From: an uncultured Candidatus Rokubacteria bacterium
GTDB taxonomy: Bacteria > Methylomirabilota > Methylomirabilia > Rokubacteriales > DASRDR01
DNA length: 52,994 nucleotides
Direction of reading: 5' to 3'
Assembly (NCBI GenBank): GCA_963708025.1
Contig: CAVPSB010000048.1
Location: forward strand, 1 to 52,994
This document shows, in pieces, positions 42,127 through 51,279 of the stretch. The first letter of the stretch is position 1; each line of letters begins with the position of its first letter. The notes beneath the pieces were generated by a model. The model searched no databases and was not told the origin of the DNA. It saw only the letters and a program-made list of their open reading frames with translations. Made by a program: the position numbers and the translations under genes.

Positions 42127-42826
42127 CCCGCTCCTCCGGGTCGTCGGCCTCGTGGCCGGCTACGCCCGGGTCCCGGTCCTCCGCGGGGTCGATTTCCACG
42201 TCGACCCCGGCGAGGTGGTCACCCTCCTCGGCGCCAACGGCAGCGGCAAGTCCACCGCGCTCAACACGATCAGCGGCTTCCTCGCGCCGCTCGCGGGCCG
42301 GATCGAGCTGGACGGCCAGGCGGTCGCGGGCCGCCCGCCGCACCGAGTCTTCCGGCTCGGGATCGTGCAGGTCTCGCAGAGCCGCGACCTCTTCCCCGAC
42401 ATGTCGGTCGAGGACAACCTCGGGCTCGGCGCCGCCGTCCGCGGCGACGGGGCGGCGGCGCTGCCGGCGGTCTACGAGGTCTTCCCGCGCCTCGCCGAGC
42501 GCCGCCACCAGCGGGTGCGGACGATGTCGGGCGGCGAGCAGCAGATGGTCGCCCTCGGCCGGGCGCTCATGAGCGGGCCGAGGCTGCTCCTGCTCGACGA
42601 GCCGTCGGGCGGGCTGGCCCCGCGCTTCGTCGACGAGATCGCCGCGATCATCCGGCGGCTGAAGGACGCGGGGACGACGATGCTCATGGTCGAGCAGAAC
42701 ATCCGGCTCGCCTTCCGGCTGGCGGATCGCTTCATCGTGCTCCGGGACGGTCGCATCGTGGAGACGGGGCGCGTCGCCGACCTGGCCGGCGCCTACGACG
42801 ACGTCGTCCGGCGCATCTACCTGTGA
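42116..42826 (+). CDS. ABC ATP-binding protein (LivF-like)
   Basis: GANGSGKS, MSGGEQQM, LLLDEPS, VEQN. Confidence 0.93.
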   Translation: MATDPLLRVVGLVAGYARVPVLRGVDFHVDPGEVVTLLGANGSGKSTALNTISGFLAPLAGRIELDGQAVAGRPPHRVFRLGIVQVSQSRDLFPDMSVEDNLGLGAAVRGDGAAALPAVYEVFPRLAERRHQRVRTMSGGEQQMVALGRALMSGPRLLLLDEPSGGLAPRFVDEIAAIIRRLKDAGTTMLMVEQNIRLAFRLADRFIVLRDGRIVETGRVADLAGAYDDVVRRIYL

Positions 42827-43059
42827 TCAGCGGGCGGGCCGGGGCTCGCGGCCGATGCGATACCCACCATGCGTCCCGAAGCCGCGGCGCTTCGACCCGG
42901 AGCGCCCATCTCCCGAATGGGCGGATATCGCCGGGCGGGACGGGTCAACCGACCACGGCGACGAGGTGGAAATGCCCAGAGGTGGGGTTTTGCTCACCCC
43001 CGAACGCTCTGGTCCCGCCCAAACGGTTGCGACAATTCACGCCTTCTCGCCTGCTCGAT

Positions 43060-43075
43060 TGGCACGATCGCTGCT
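43060..43075 (+). promoter_or_regulatory. Sigma-54 promoter
   Basis: TGGCACGATCGCTGCT (GG-N10-GC). Confidence 0.55.
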
Positions 43076-43089
43076 CTGGCAGGTTGGCC

Positions 43090-43305
43090 ATGAGAGAGGA
43101 CACTTGGCTTCTGGCGGGCCGGGTCACCGCGCTCGACCGGGGAACTGGCGAGCTGCTCCTGGGTGCCACGACGGTCTGGCTTCCGAATCTCCGCGTCACC
43201 CCGGAGCTGCGGGTCGGGATGGACCTCGTCATCACCGTCGAGCAGCGCGCGGGTCGGGCGCATGTGACGGGCCTTCGCCCCCTGCGCGGACTTTCCGCCT
43301 CGTAA
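43090..43305 (+). CDS. Small hypothetical protein, OB-fold/DUF5666-like
   Basis: GRVTALD..LLLG..LRVGMDLVITVE pattern; 71 aa. Confidence 0.55.
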   Translation: MREDTWLLAGRVTALDRGTGELLLGATTVWLPNLRVTPELRVGMDLVITVEQRAGRAHVTGLRPLRGLSAS

Positions 43306-43451
43306 AACGCCGCTCGCCCCCGAGCACCCGCCCCCTCGCCCTGGCCGCATCGCTCGAGCGAGGGGGCCCCTGGCGGGACATCTGGGACCCGAGCCGTGCA
43401 GTGCCTCGGGCCCCACGCTCCCGCCGACGGGGCCGACAGGGGTACCGGGGG

Positions 43452-44439
43452 CTACTGGATCACTTCATCGGCCCGCGCGAGCACCGATGGCGGGATCGTG
43501 AGGCCAAGCGCCTTGGCGGTCTTGAGGTTCACCGCCAGCTCGAACCGCGTTCAACTGTTCGACCGGCAGATCGGCCGGCTTGGCTCCCTTGAGAATCTTG
43601 TCCACGTAGGCCGCGGCTCGCCGGAAGTTGTCGGTAAAGTCCGGCCCGTAGTTCATCAGGCCGCCGGCGTACACGTATTGCCGGTATCCGGAGATGGCGG
43701 GCAGCCGATGCTTCGCCGCCAGGTCGGCGATCTGGCGATGCTGCTGGTTGAACAGCGGGTCAGCGGTCACGATGGCCGCCCTCGCGGCTCGCTGGACCAT
43801 CGTGGAGAAGGCGTTCTCGATCTCCCGTGGCGACCGGGCTGTCACGTGCAGGACCCTGGCGCCGGCGCCGCGCGCTCCGGCCTGGACGCTGGTCAGGATG
43901 GCGGCATGGGACGAATTCTCGGGATTCGTCAGGATGGCCACGTGGGAGAGCTTGGGCACCGTCCCGAGGAGCATGTCCAGGTACTTGGAGCCGAGGTCAC
44001 CGACGAGGTCCGACAGCCCGGTGATGTTGCCTCCGGGGCGCGCCAGGCTCTTGACGAAGCCGCTGCCGACCGGGTCCCCGGTCGTCCCCATGACGATGGG
44101 AATCGTGGTCGTGGCTTTCTGCGCCGCGCCGATGGCCGGCGCCCCTGCCGCCACGATGACATCGACGTCCAGCTGGACCAGCGCCGCCGCCAGGTCTGGA
44201 AGGCGCTCGTACTTGCCTTCCGCCGAGCGCCACTCGATCACGAGGTTCCTGCCCTCGATGTAGCCGAGGTCGCGCAGGCCTCGCGGAAATGCGCCGAACA
44301 TCGTGTCGGAGTCGAGGGAATCCACGTGACGGGCGGCCAGGAAGCCGACGCGCCAGACCTTGGCCTGACTCTGCGCGAACGACGCGAGCGGCGCGGCGAG
44401 CAGGCCGGCCGCCGTCGCGACGAACGCCCGGCGGTCCAC
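43452..44439 (-). CDS. ABC_sub_bind-type substrate-binding protein; frameshift near 43550
   Basis: MDRRAF leader, [45 protein letters not shown]. Confidence 0.88.
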
Positions 44440-45389
44440 TACTGAATCATCTCGTCCGCCCGCGCCAGCAGCGAGGGCGGGATCGTGAGCCCGAGGGCCT
44501 TCGCGGTCTTCAGGTTGAGGACGAGCTCGAACTTGGTGGGCTGTTCGACGGGCAAATCGGCGGGCCGGGCGCCTCTCAGGATCTTGTTGACGTAGACGGC
44601 CGCGCGTCCCTGGAGATCGGCGTTGTCGGGGCCGTAGTGCATCAGGCCTCCCAGCTGGACGAACCGCCGTTGCAGGCCGGCCGTCGGCAGTCGCTGCTTC
44701 TGCGCGAACTCGATGAACTGGGGCCAGTGCTCGGCGATGGGCGGGGCGATGTGGAGCATGAGGCCGTCGGCGCGTTCTCGCGTGATGGCGGGCAGGAGGT
44801 CATCGGGAGTGCGGAACACCACCGGGACCACCTTGATGTCCAGGCGGGATGCCGCCGCGTCCTCGTTTCTCACGTGCGACGCGGGATTGTTCGGGTTGTG
44901 GACGACCGCGAGGCGAGCCAGGGCCGGTACGATTTCCTTGAGCATCTGAATCCGCTTCCCGGTCGTTTCCTCGAGCTGATTGCTGAGTCCCGTGACGTTG
45001 CCCCCTGGCCGCGCGAGGCTGGCCACGAGCCCCTGTCCGACCGCGTCGGCGATGTTCGCCAGGACGATCGGGATGGTGCCCGTCGCCCGCTTGGCCGCCC
45101 AGGCGGCTTGCGAGTCCACGACGACGATGACGTCGACGGGAATCTTGAGGACCTCGACGACCAGCTCCGGGTACCGTTCGGGGCGCCCCTGAGTGTAGCG
45201 ACTCTCGATCACGACGTTCTGACCCTCGATCCAGCCCCGCTCGCGCAGACCCTGGAGCAGCGCCGGGTGCGGGGAGGGTGCGCTCGCCGGGTAGGCGATC
45301 CGATGGATCTTCCCCGCCGGCTGCGATTCGATGGCGACCGGCGCCGCGAGGAGCACGAGGGCGAGCAGGATGACGGCCAGCCGATTCAT
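44439..45389 (-). CDS. ABC_sub_bind-type substrate-binding protein
   Basis: [36 protein letters not shown]. Confidence 0.92.
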   Translation of the reverse strand: MNRLAVILLALVLLAAPVAIESQPAGKIHRIAYPASAPSPHPALLQGLRERGWIEGQNVVIESRYTQGRPERYPELVVEVLKIPVDVIVVVDSQAAWAAKRATGTIPIVLANIADAVGQGLVASLARPGGNVTGLSNQLEETTGKRIQMLKEIVPALARLAVVHNPNNPASHVRNEDAAASRLDIKVVPVVFRTPDDLLPAITRERADGLMLHIAPPIAEHWPQFIEFAQKQRLPTAGLQRRFVQLGGLMHYGPDNADLQGRAAVYVNKILRGARPADLPVEQPTKFELVLNLKTAKALGLTIPPSLLARADEMIQ

Positions 45390-45440
45390 GGGCCACCTCC
45401 CGATGGCCGGGATGCTACGCCGGGAGGCGGGGGCGGGTCA

Positions 45441-45476
45441 ACGCCGTGCCAGGGCCACCACGCCGTGCCAGGGCCA
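45441..45476. repeat. Tandem 17-bp direct repeat
   Basis: ACGCCGTGCCAGGGCCA x2, period 19. Confidence 0.8.
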
Positions 45477-45515
45477 ACTACCGAAGATCATGGTGCCGGG
45501 CGAGCGGCGTGATGC

Positions 45516-45836
45516 TCACTGGATCACGGAGTGGGGCGTCGCCACGATGCGCGTCACCTTGATCTGCTCACGGTCGATCATGGTGCCGACCCGCTGGGAG
45601 ATCTCGTTCTTCCAGTAGTCGCTCTGGTAGACTGCGTCGTAGAGCCGCTTGCGCTCCGCCTCGCTCTCGAAGCGGCGGATCCACACGTACACGCTCGGGT
45701 CCTCTTCTCCCACGAAGCTGCCGAGGATCACCATGCCCATCTTGACCTGGAACGGGACGATCTCCTCTTCCATGCACTTCACCCACTTCTCCTGCTGGCC
45801 GGGACGGACGACGTACTGCCGCAGCTCGAAGAACAT
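45516..45836 (-). CDS. NIPSNAP family protein
   Basis: MFFELRQY.V.PG, YVWIRRF. Confidence 0.88.
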   Translation of the reverse strand: MFFELRQYVVRPGQQEKWVKCMEEEIVPFQVKMGMVILGSFVGEEDPSVYVWIRRFESEAERKRLYDAVYQSDYWKNEISQRVGTMIDREQIKVTRIVATPHSVIQ

Positions 45837-45896
45837 CGCAGCCTCCTCGGTTCGGGTGCATTCCCCATCAGCGGGCTGTGCCGGTACGGTGGATCA

Positions 45897-45985
45897 TGGT
45901 GCCGGGAGGGGGAGTCGAACCCCCACGCTGCTTCCGCAACACCAGATTTTGAGTCTGGCGCGTCTTCCAGTTCCGCCATCCCGGC
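45897..45985 (-). tRNA. tRNA-Leu(CAA)
   Basis: Reverse complement: ccaga-ctCAAaa-tctgg; long variable arm; CCA. Confidence 0.96.
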
Positions 45986-46071
45986 GCGCCCGCCATTATG
46001 CCCGAACGCCCCGCTCGATCAAGGGAGACATGCAGTTTGACATCGGGGTTCCGCGGGATGACAATTCAGGC

Positions 46072-46332
46072 GTGCGCGCGTTGATCGGCCTGGCTCTGGT
46101 CCTCGGTCTCGCCGGGTCCGCCGGCGGCCAGGGGCTGTCGGGGACGCTGGATCGCCAGGACATCCAGCGGAGCCTCCAGCAGCTCGAGATGCGGCGACAG
46201 ACCGACCGTCAGGTCCAGGATCTCCAGCGCCAGCTCGACCAGGGACGCCTCCAGCAGCAGATCGACCGCCAGCAGACGATCCGTCAGGCGCCCGTGATCT
46301 GCCCGACCGTCAATCCCACCACGATCTGCTAG
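46072..46332 (+). CDS. Small Gln-rich secreted protein
   Basis: Signal peptide, QR-rich helix, C-terminal C-x8-C; TTGACA-17-GACAAT just upstream. Confidence 0.6.
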   Translation: MRALIGLALVLGLAGSAGGQGLSGTLDRQDIQRSLQQLEMRRQTDRQVQDLQRQLDQGRLQQQIDRQQTIRQAPVICPTVNPTTIC

Positions 46333-46393
46333 GGCCCGAGACGCCCCCGCGACCTTGACAATCGCGGGAGCCGCACGGTAACGTCGTGGTGTC

Positions 46394-46469
46394 GGGGCTG
46401 TAGCTCAGTTGGGAGAGCACGAGGCTGGCAGTCTCGGGGTCAGGGGTTCAACTCCCCTCAGCTCCACCA
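46394..46469 (+). tRNA. tRNA-Ala(GGC)
   Basis: G3:U70; cgagg-ctGGCag-tctcg; CCA. Confidence 0.96.
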
Positions 46470-46472
46470 TTT

Positions 46473-46520
46473 GAATCCGCGGAGTTCCGGGACGGCCCGG
46501 CTCCGCGGATTCGTTCTTTT
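46473..46520 (+). terminator. Intrinsic terminator after tRNA-Ala
   Basis: gaatccgcggag...ctccgcggattc followed by gttctttt. Confidence 0.7.
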
Positions 46521-46819
46521 CGGGGCTCTGGTTGCGCGAGGGCTGCGGATGGTTGGGCCCCGGCACCGCCGCCTCGTTGGCTCCCGGTGTCAGCTTCCCG
46601 GAGATCGACGGTTACGTTGATCTGATCGGTCTTGTACCAGCCAGGAGCCGGCTCCAGGCCCCTCTCATCTGTGGACTTCGCGATCGGCGGACGTGGGCCG
46701 TAAGAGGGCGCTCGGGGCGGCCGCGATCGGAACCAGGCCGAGCAGCGACTTGACGGCGGCCGCGGTGGAGGTCGTCGAGATCGCGATGGCCTGCCGTCGT
46801 GGCGTAACATCCCTGTAAT

Positions 46820-46848
46820 TTGACGGATCGTGGGTGGTTGAGTAGCAT
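46820..46848 (+). promoter_or_regulatory. arsR promoter with degenerate operator
   Basis: TTGACG-17-TAGCAT containing ATCGT-N6-TTGAG. Confidence 0.55.
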
Positions 46849-46856
46849 CGCCGGCG

Positions 46857-47183
46857 ATGGCCGTGGGGTCCCGGGATGTCGATCGCGCCGCGCGCTGGTT
46901 TCACGCGCTGTCGGATCCGACACGCTTGCGGATCCTCGAGCAGTTCGCGGAGGGCGAGCAGTGCGTGTGCGACCTGACCGACGCGCTGGACGCCGGTCAG
47001 TCGCGGCTCTCCGTTCACCTCCGAACGCTCAAGGACGCCGGCCTCATCACGGATCGCCGGGACGGTCGCTGGGTCCACTACGCCCTGAACGCGAGCGCGC
47101 TCGACGCGCTTCGCGATGTCACAGCCACCCTCGGCGCACCGCGCGGTGGCGGGTTGCGGATCGTCTCCCGGCGCTGTGACTGA
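46857..47183 (+). CDS. arsR: Arsenite-responsive ArsR repressor
   Basis: FHALSDPTRL, EQCVCDL (CVC As(III) site), QSRLSVHL. Confidence 0.88.
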   Translation: MAVGSRDVDRAARWFHALSDPTRLRILEQFAEGEQCVCDLTDALDAGQSRLSVHLRTLKDAGLITDRRDGRWVHYALNASALDALRDVTATLGAPRGGGLRIVSRRCD

Positions 47184-47205
47184 GCCCCTTTTTTTGCCTT
47201 TACTC

Positions 47206-47221
47206 ATCAATGGTTCTTGAT
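47206..47221. promoter_or_regulatory. ArsR-type operator palindrome
   Basis: ATCAA-tggttc-TTGAT. Confidence 0.6.
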
Positions 47222-47258
47222 TCGATGGCCCCGATTAGCCCGACAAGGAGGACTCGCC

Positions 47259-48365
47259 ATGCGTGAGGACCCGGGAGCGCGCAGGAAGGGTCGGTCGAGC
47301 CAGCGGGGCGGGAGGCGACTGGGAGCGACGGGGATCACGGCCGTGGCGCTGCTGGGGCTCGCGTGGACCACGCACGGCCAGACCCTCGGTCCGACGCGCT
47401 CGTCGGGCGCGAAGGTCTCGCTGCAGGGCGCCGGCGCGACCTTCCCGGCGCCGCTCTACAAGAAGTGGATCGGCGTGTTCATGGCGCAGAACCCGGACGT
47501 GGCGATCGACTACAAGGACGTCGGCAGCGGCGAGGGCGTGCGGCGCTTCCTCGCCCAGACCGTCGACTTCGGCGCCAGCGACGGGGCCCTGACCGACGAG
47601 GAGATGGCCCGAGTGGCACCGGGCGCGCGGCTGGTGCCGATGACCGCCGGCCTCGTCGTCCTGGCGTACAACCTGCCGGGGCTCGGGGGCGAGCTGAAAC
47701 TCAGCCGCGACGTCTACGCGGACATCTTGCTCCGACGGGTCGTGACGTGGAACGACCCCCGGATCCAGGCCATCAACCCCGGCCTCCCGCTGCCTAGCCG
47801 GAGCATCGCGCTCGCGGCGCGCCAGGACGGGAGCGGCACGACGTTCGCGCTCGCGAACCATCTCAGCGCGTTCAGCCCCGCCTGGCAGCGGGGGCCCGGC
47901 GTGGGGTACGTGATCGACTGGTCCGGCCGGGCGATGCTGGCGCGCGGGAACGAAGGGGTCGCCGCGCTCATCAAGATCGGGGAGGGCACGATCGGGTACG
48001 TGGAATACGGGTTCGCCCGGCGGCTCGGGCTGTCGATGGCGCGGCTCCAGAACAAGGCCGGGCGGTACGTCGCCCCGAGCGATGGGAGCGGCCAGGCGGC
48101 CCTGGCCAGCAACATCACGCAGATGCCGAGCAACCTCCGGCTGTTCCTGCCCGACCCGGACGGTGACGAGTCCTACCCCATCGTCTCGCTCAGCTGGCTG
48201 CTCCTGTACGAGCGCTACCAGGATCCGCTGAAGAGTGCGGCGCTCAAGCGCTTCCTGCTGTGGGGGCTGTCCCTCGGCCAGTCGTACGCGCCCGAGCTCG
48301 GGTACATCACGCTCCCGGGCGATGTCGCCGCCCTCGCCCGGGCAGCGGTGGCGCGCCTCGATTGA
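47259..48365 (+). CDS. pstS: Phosphate-binding protein PstS
   Basis: GAGATFPAPLY, GSGEG, DFGASD, R.DGSGTT, GNEGVA, IGYVE, YPI. Confidence 0.93.
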   Translation: MREDPGARRKGRSSQRGGRRLGATGITAVALLGLAWTTHGQTLGPTRSSGAKVSLQGAGATFPAPLYKKWIGVFMAQNPDVAIDYKDVGSGEGVRRFLAQTVDFGASDGALTDEEMARVAPGARLVPMTAGLVVLAYNLPGLGGELKLSRDVYADILLRRVVTWNDPRIQAINPGLPLPSRSIALAARQDGSGTTFALANHLSAFSPAWQRGPGVGYVIDWSGRAMLARGNEGVAALIKIGEGTIGYVEYGFARRLGLSMARLQNKAGRYVAPSDGSGQAALASNITQMPSNLRLFLPDPDGDESYPIVSLSWLLLYERYQDPLKSAALKRFLLWGLSLGQSYAPELGYITLPGDVAALARAAVARLD

Positions 48366-48441
48366 CGCCGACGGTCCGTGCCGTGGAGGCGGCGACCGAG
48401 GCGGTCATCCCGGGGCGACCTCCGGTGAGGGAGGATCTCGC

Positions 48442-48681
48442 ATGGTGACGACGTCGAGCCCGGAGCTTCGGACCGAGATCGACCAGATCGTGCGAGCCCT
48501 GGCGGTCGAGTTCGACGGCGTCGTCTCCCGCGAGACGATCGCGCGCTACGCGGAAGAGTCCGCCGAGGCGCTGTCACGCGGTGCCAGGGTCACGCGGTTC
48601 CTCCCCGTGCTCATCGAGCGCGTCACGCGGGAGTGGCTCCGGGCGCAAGCCCGGGCCGACCACGTCCCGTCCGCGGCCTGA
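48442..48681 (+). CDS. Stand-alone three-helix-bundle protein (like the N-terminal domain of actinobacterial ArsC1')
   Basis: LAVEFDGVVSRETIARY..ARVTRFLPVLIER..RE.LRA; RBS GGAGG. Confidence 0.7.
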   Translation: MVTTSSPELRTEIDQIVRALAVEFDGVVSRETIARYAEESAEALSRGARVTRFLPVLIERVTREWLRAQARADHVPSAA

Positions 48682-49391
48682 TGAGGTCGGCCTCACGGCC
48701 AGCGCCGCGACCGACGCTGGGCCGGCGGGTCGTGGCGGAGGGGCTGGGTACCGCGTTCCTGGTGGCCGCCGTGGTGGGCTCCGGCATCATGGGCGAGCGC
48801 CTGGCCGGTGGCAACACCGGGCTGGCCCTGCTGGCGAACACCGCCGCGACCGGAGCCGCCCTCGTCGCGCTGATCGCGGCGCTCGGCCCCCTGTCGGGCG
48901 CCCACTTCAACCCGGTCGTGACGCTGGCCGACACCATGGGCGGCGGCCTCGGCTGGGGGGAGGCCGCCGCGTACATCCCCGCGCAGATGCTGGGGGGCCT
49001 GCTCGGGACGGCGGTCGCCAACCTCATGTTCGAGGGCCCGATGTTCTCGCTGTCTCGCCACGTGCGCGCCGGCCCCGCGCAGCTCCTCAGCGAGTCGGTC
49101 GCGACGTTCGGACTGCTCGTCATCATCGGCACCTGCGCCCGGCACCGACCGAGTGGGGTCCCGTTCGCGGTGGCGGCCTACATCACCGCGGCGTACTGGT
49201 TCACGGCGTCGACCTCGTTCGCGAACCCCGCGGTCACGGTCGCGCGGGCGGTCAGCGATTCCTTTGCGGGCATTCGACCGCGCGATGTACCGGGGTTCAT
49301 CGCGGCGCAATGTGTCGGGGGGGCCCTAGCGATCGCGACCGTGCGGTGGCTTCTCCCTCCGTCGGCTCCCTCTGATCCGGACGGCGACTGA
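48681..49391 (+). CDS. MIP/aquaporin, arsenic-associated (AqpS-like)
   Basis: SGAHFNPVVT, WFTASTSFANPAVT; paralog of 20930-21709. Confidence 0.9.
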   Translation: MRSASRPAPRPTLGRRVVAEGLGTAFLVAAVVGSGIMGERLAGGNTGLALLANTAATGAALVALIAALGPLSGAHFNPVVTLADTMGGGLGWGEAAAYIPAQMLGGLLGTAVANLMFEGPMFSLSRHVRAGPAQLLSESVATFGLLVIIGTCARHRPSGVPFAVAAYITAAYWFTASTSFANPAVTVARAVSDSFAGIRPRDVPGFIAAQCVGGALAIATVRWLLPPSAPSDPDGD

Positions 49392-49804
49392 TGCGCGCCC
49401 GGGTCTTGTTCCTCTGCACCCACAATTCTGCGCGGAGCCAGATGGCGGAGGGCTGGCTCCGCCACCTCGCCGGCGATCGCTTCGAGGTCGCCAGCGCCGG
49501 GACGGAAGCCACACGGGTCCACCCGCTGGCGGTTCGTGCGATGGGAGAAGTCGGGATCGATCTCAGCCCCCACCGCTCGAAGACCCTCGACAGTCTCCGG
49601 GATCGTCCCTGGGACTACGTGATCACCGTCTGCGACCGCGCCAACGAGCGGTGCCCGCTGTTCCCGGGGCCCACGACGCGGATCCACTGGAGCTTCGACG
49701 ATCCCTCCCAGGCCACCGGGGACGAGGATCAGCGGCTCGCGACCTTCCGGCGCGTCCGGCGGTTGGCCGTCCGCGAGGAATGGGCATCGGGAGATCTACG
49801 ATGA
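49391..49804 (+). CDS. arsC: Thioredoxin-type arsenate reductase; C-terminal helix apparently replaced
   Basis: CTHNSARSQMAE, ITVCD..ERCP, HWSFDDP, FRRVR then atypical tail. Confidence 0.85.
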   Translation: MRARVLFLCTHNSARSQMAEGWLRHLAGDRFEVASAGTEATRVHPLAVRAMGEVGIDLSPHRSKTLDSLRDRPWDYVITVCDRANERCPLFPGPTTRIHWSFDDPSQATGDEDQRLATFRRVRRLAVREEWASGDLR

Positions 49805-50861
49805 AGGCGCGATTCGTCGGCTGCCTGCTGGGCGGTGCCCTGGGGGATGCACTGGGGTATCCCCTGGAGTTCCTGTCGCTCGCGGAGATCCGCGCTCGGG
49901 TCGGCCCGGCGCCGCCACGGGATCTGACCCTCGGCCTCGCCCCGCTGGCCCTGGTGTCGGACGACACGCGATGACCCTGTTCACGGCCGAGGGTGTGATC
50001 CGCGGGGTCCAGCGGTGGAACGATCGGGGCCTCTGCTCGATGCCGGCCGCCATCCAGCGGGCACTCTTCCGCTGGCTGGCCACGCAGCTGGACAGCGGTG
50101 AACGAGACGACGCCACCGGATGGCTCGTCCGGGAACCGCGCCTGCACGCCCGGCGGGCGCCCGGCACCACCTGCCTGTCGGCTCTGCAGCACTCCCGCCG
50201 CCCTGTCGGCGAGCTCCCCAGCCTGGATCGCCCGCCGAACGATAGCAAGGGATGCGGGGCCATCATGCGGTCGGCCCCGATCGGCCTGGCCGCCGGGGAC
50301 CGGCACCGCGCCTTCGAGCTCGCCCGCGACGCGGCGGTGCTGACCCACGGCCACCCGAGCGGCTATCTCTCGGCGGCATATCTGGCGGCCCTGGTCCATG
50401 ACCTCGCTCGAGGCGCCGCGCTTCCCGAAGCCCTCGCGGATGCCGATCGCCTCCTCCAGGGGGAGCGGGATCACGAGGAGGTCGTCGGCGCTGTCGCGCA
50501 CGCCCGGGCGCTCGCCGCCTCGGGGCCACCCAGCGCGGAGGCCCTTCAAGCGCTCGGCGGGGGCTGGGTCGGTGAGGAAGCCCTCGCCATCGCCCTGGCC
50601 TGCGCCCTCACCGCGGACACCGGCGCGCCGGCCGGGGTGGCCGAAGCCCTCTGGCGCGCCGTCTGCCACTCGGGCGACAGCGACAGCACGGGCAGCATCA
50701 CCGGGAACCTCCTGGGGGCCTGCGTCGGCGTCGACGGATTGCCGGATGCCTGGCTCCCGGCGCTGGAGCTTCGCGACGTGATCGAGCGCATCGCCGTCGA
50801 CTTGTTCACCGTCGCCATTGAAGGCCGTGAGCTCGAGCACACGGACTATCCGCCCAACTGA
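49801..50861 (+). CDS. ADP-ribosylglycohydrolase; frameshift near 49970
   Basis: GCLLGGALGDALG, SDDT/MTLF, NDSKGCGAIMR, THGHP, GDSDSTG. Confidence 0.9.
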
Positions 50862-51279
50862 CCCAGGACCGAGAGGTCTGGCCCGCGGCGGTTGCCAGGA
50901 GGGACGAGGGAATGGGCACGTGCCAGCATCCGGAGTCGCGCTGTGAGCACTGCGGTGAGCCGATCCTCGCCATGAGCCGTTACAGGGACGGCCGCTGGCG
51001 CCTCAAGTGCTGGACAGGCCGATCCGGAGATCCAGGGGAAGCCGGATGGCGAAGTGGCGATGCGCTGCCACCAAGGAGTGACGGGAGTCGATGCAAGGAG
51101 GGCCGGAGGCTGGCTCAAAATACGAGGTCGCTAACTCTGTACGCGGTCGAGAAGTACGTTCAGATCATCAATCGCTATCCTGCATCGCTCGAGCTCCTTG
51201 CTCGGCACCGACCTGAAATGAGCCACGTCATTTCTCACTGCTGTTATTGACTGGACGAGTCATGGTCGAGGAGGAAGCT

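Noticed and set aside
45997-46015. Similarity to the inner end of IS91-like copy B (tatgcccgaacgccccgc)
   Set aside because: Short, GC-rich, does not extend, and overlaps the tRNA-Leu promoter region.
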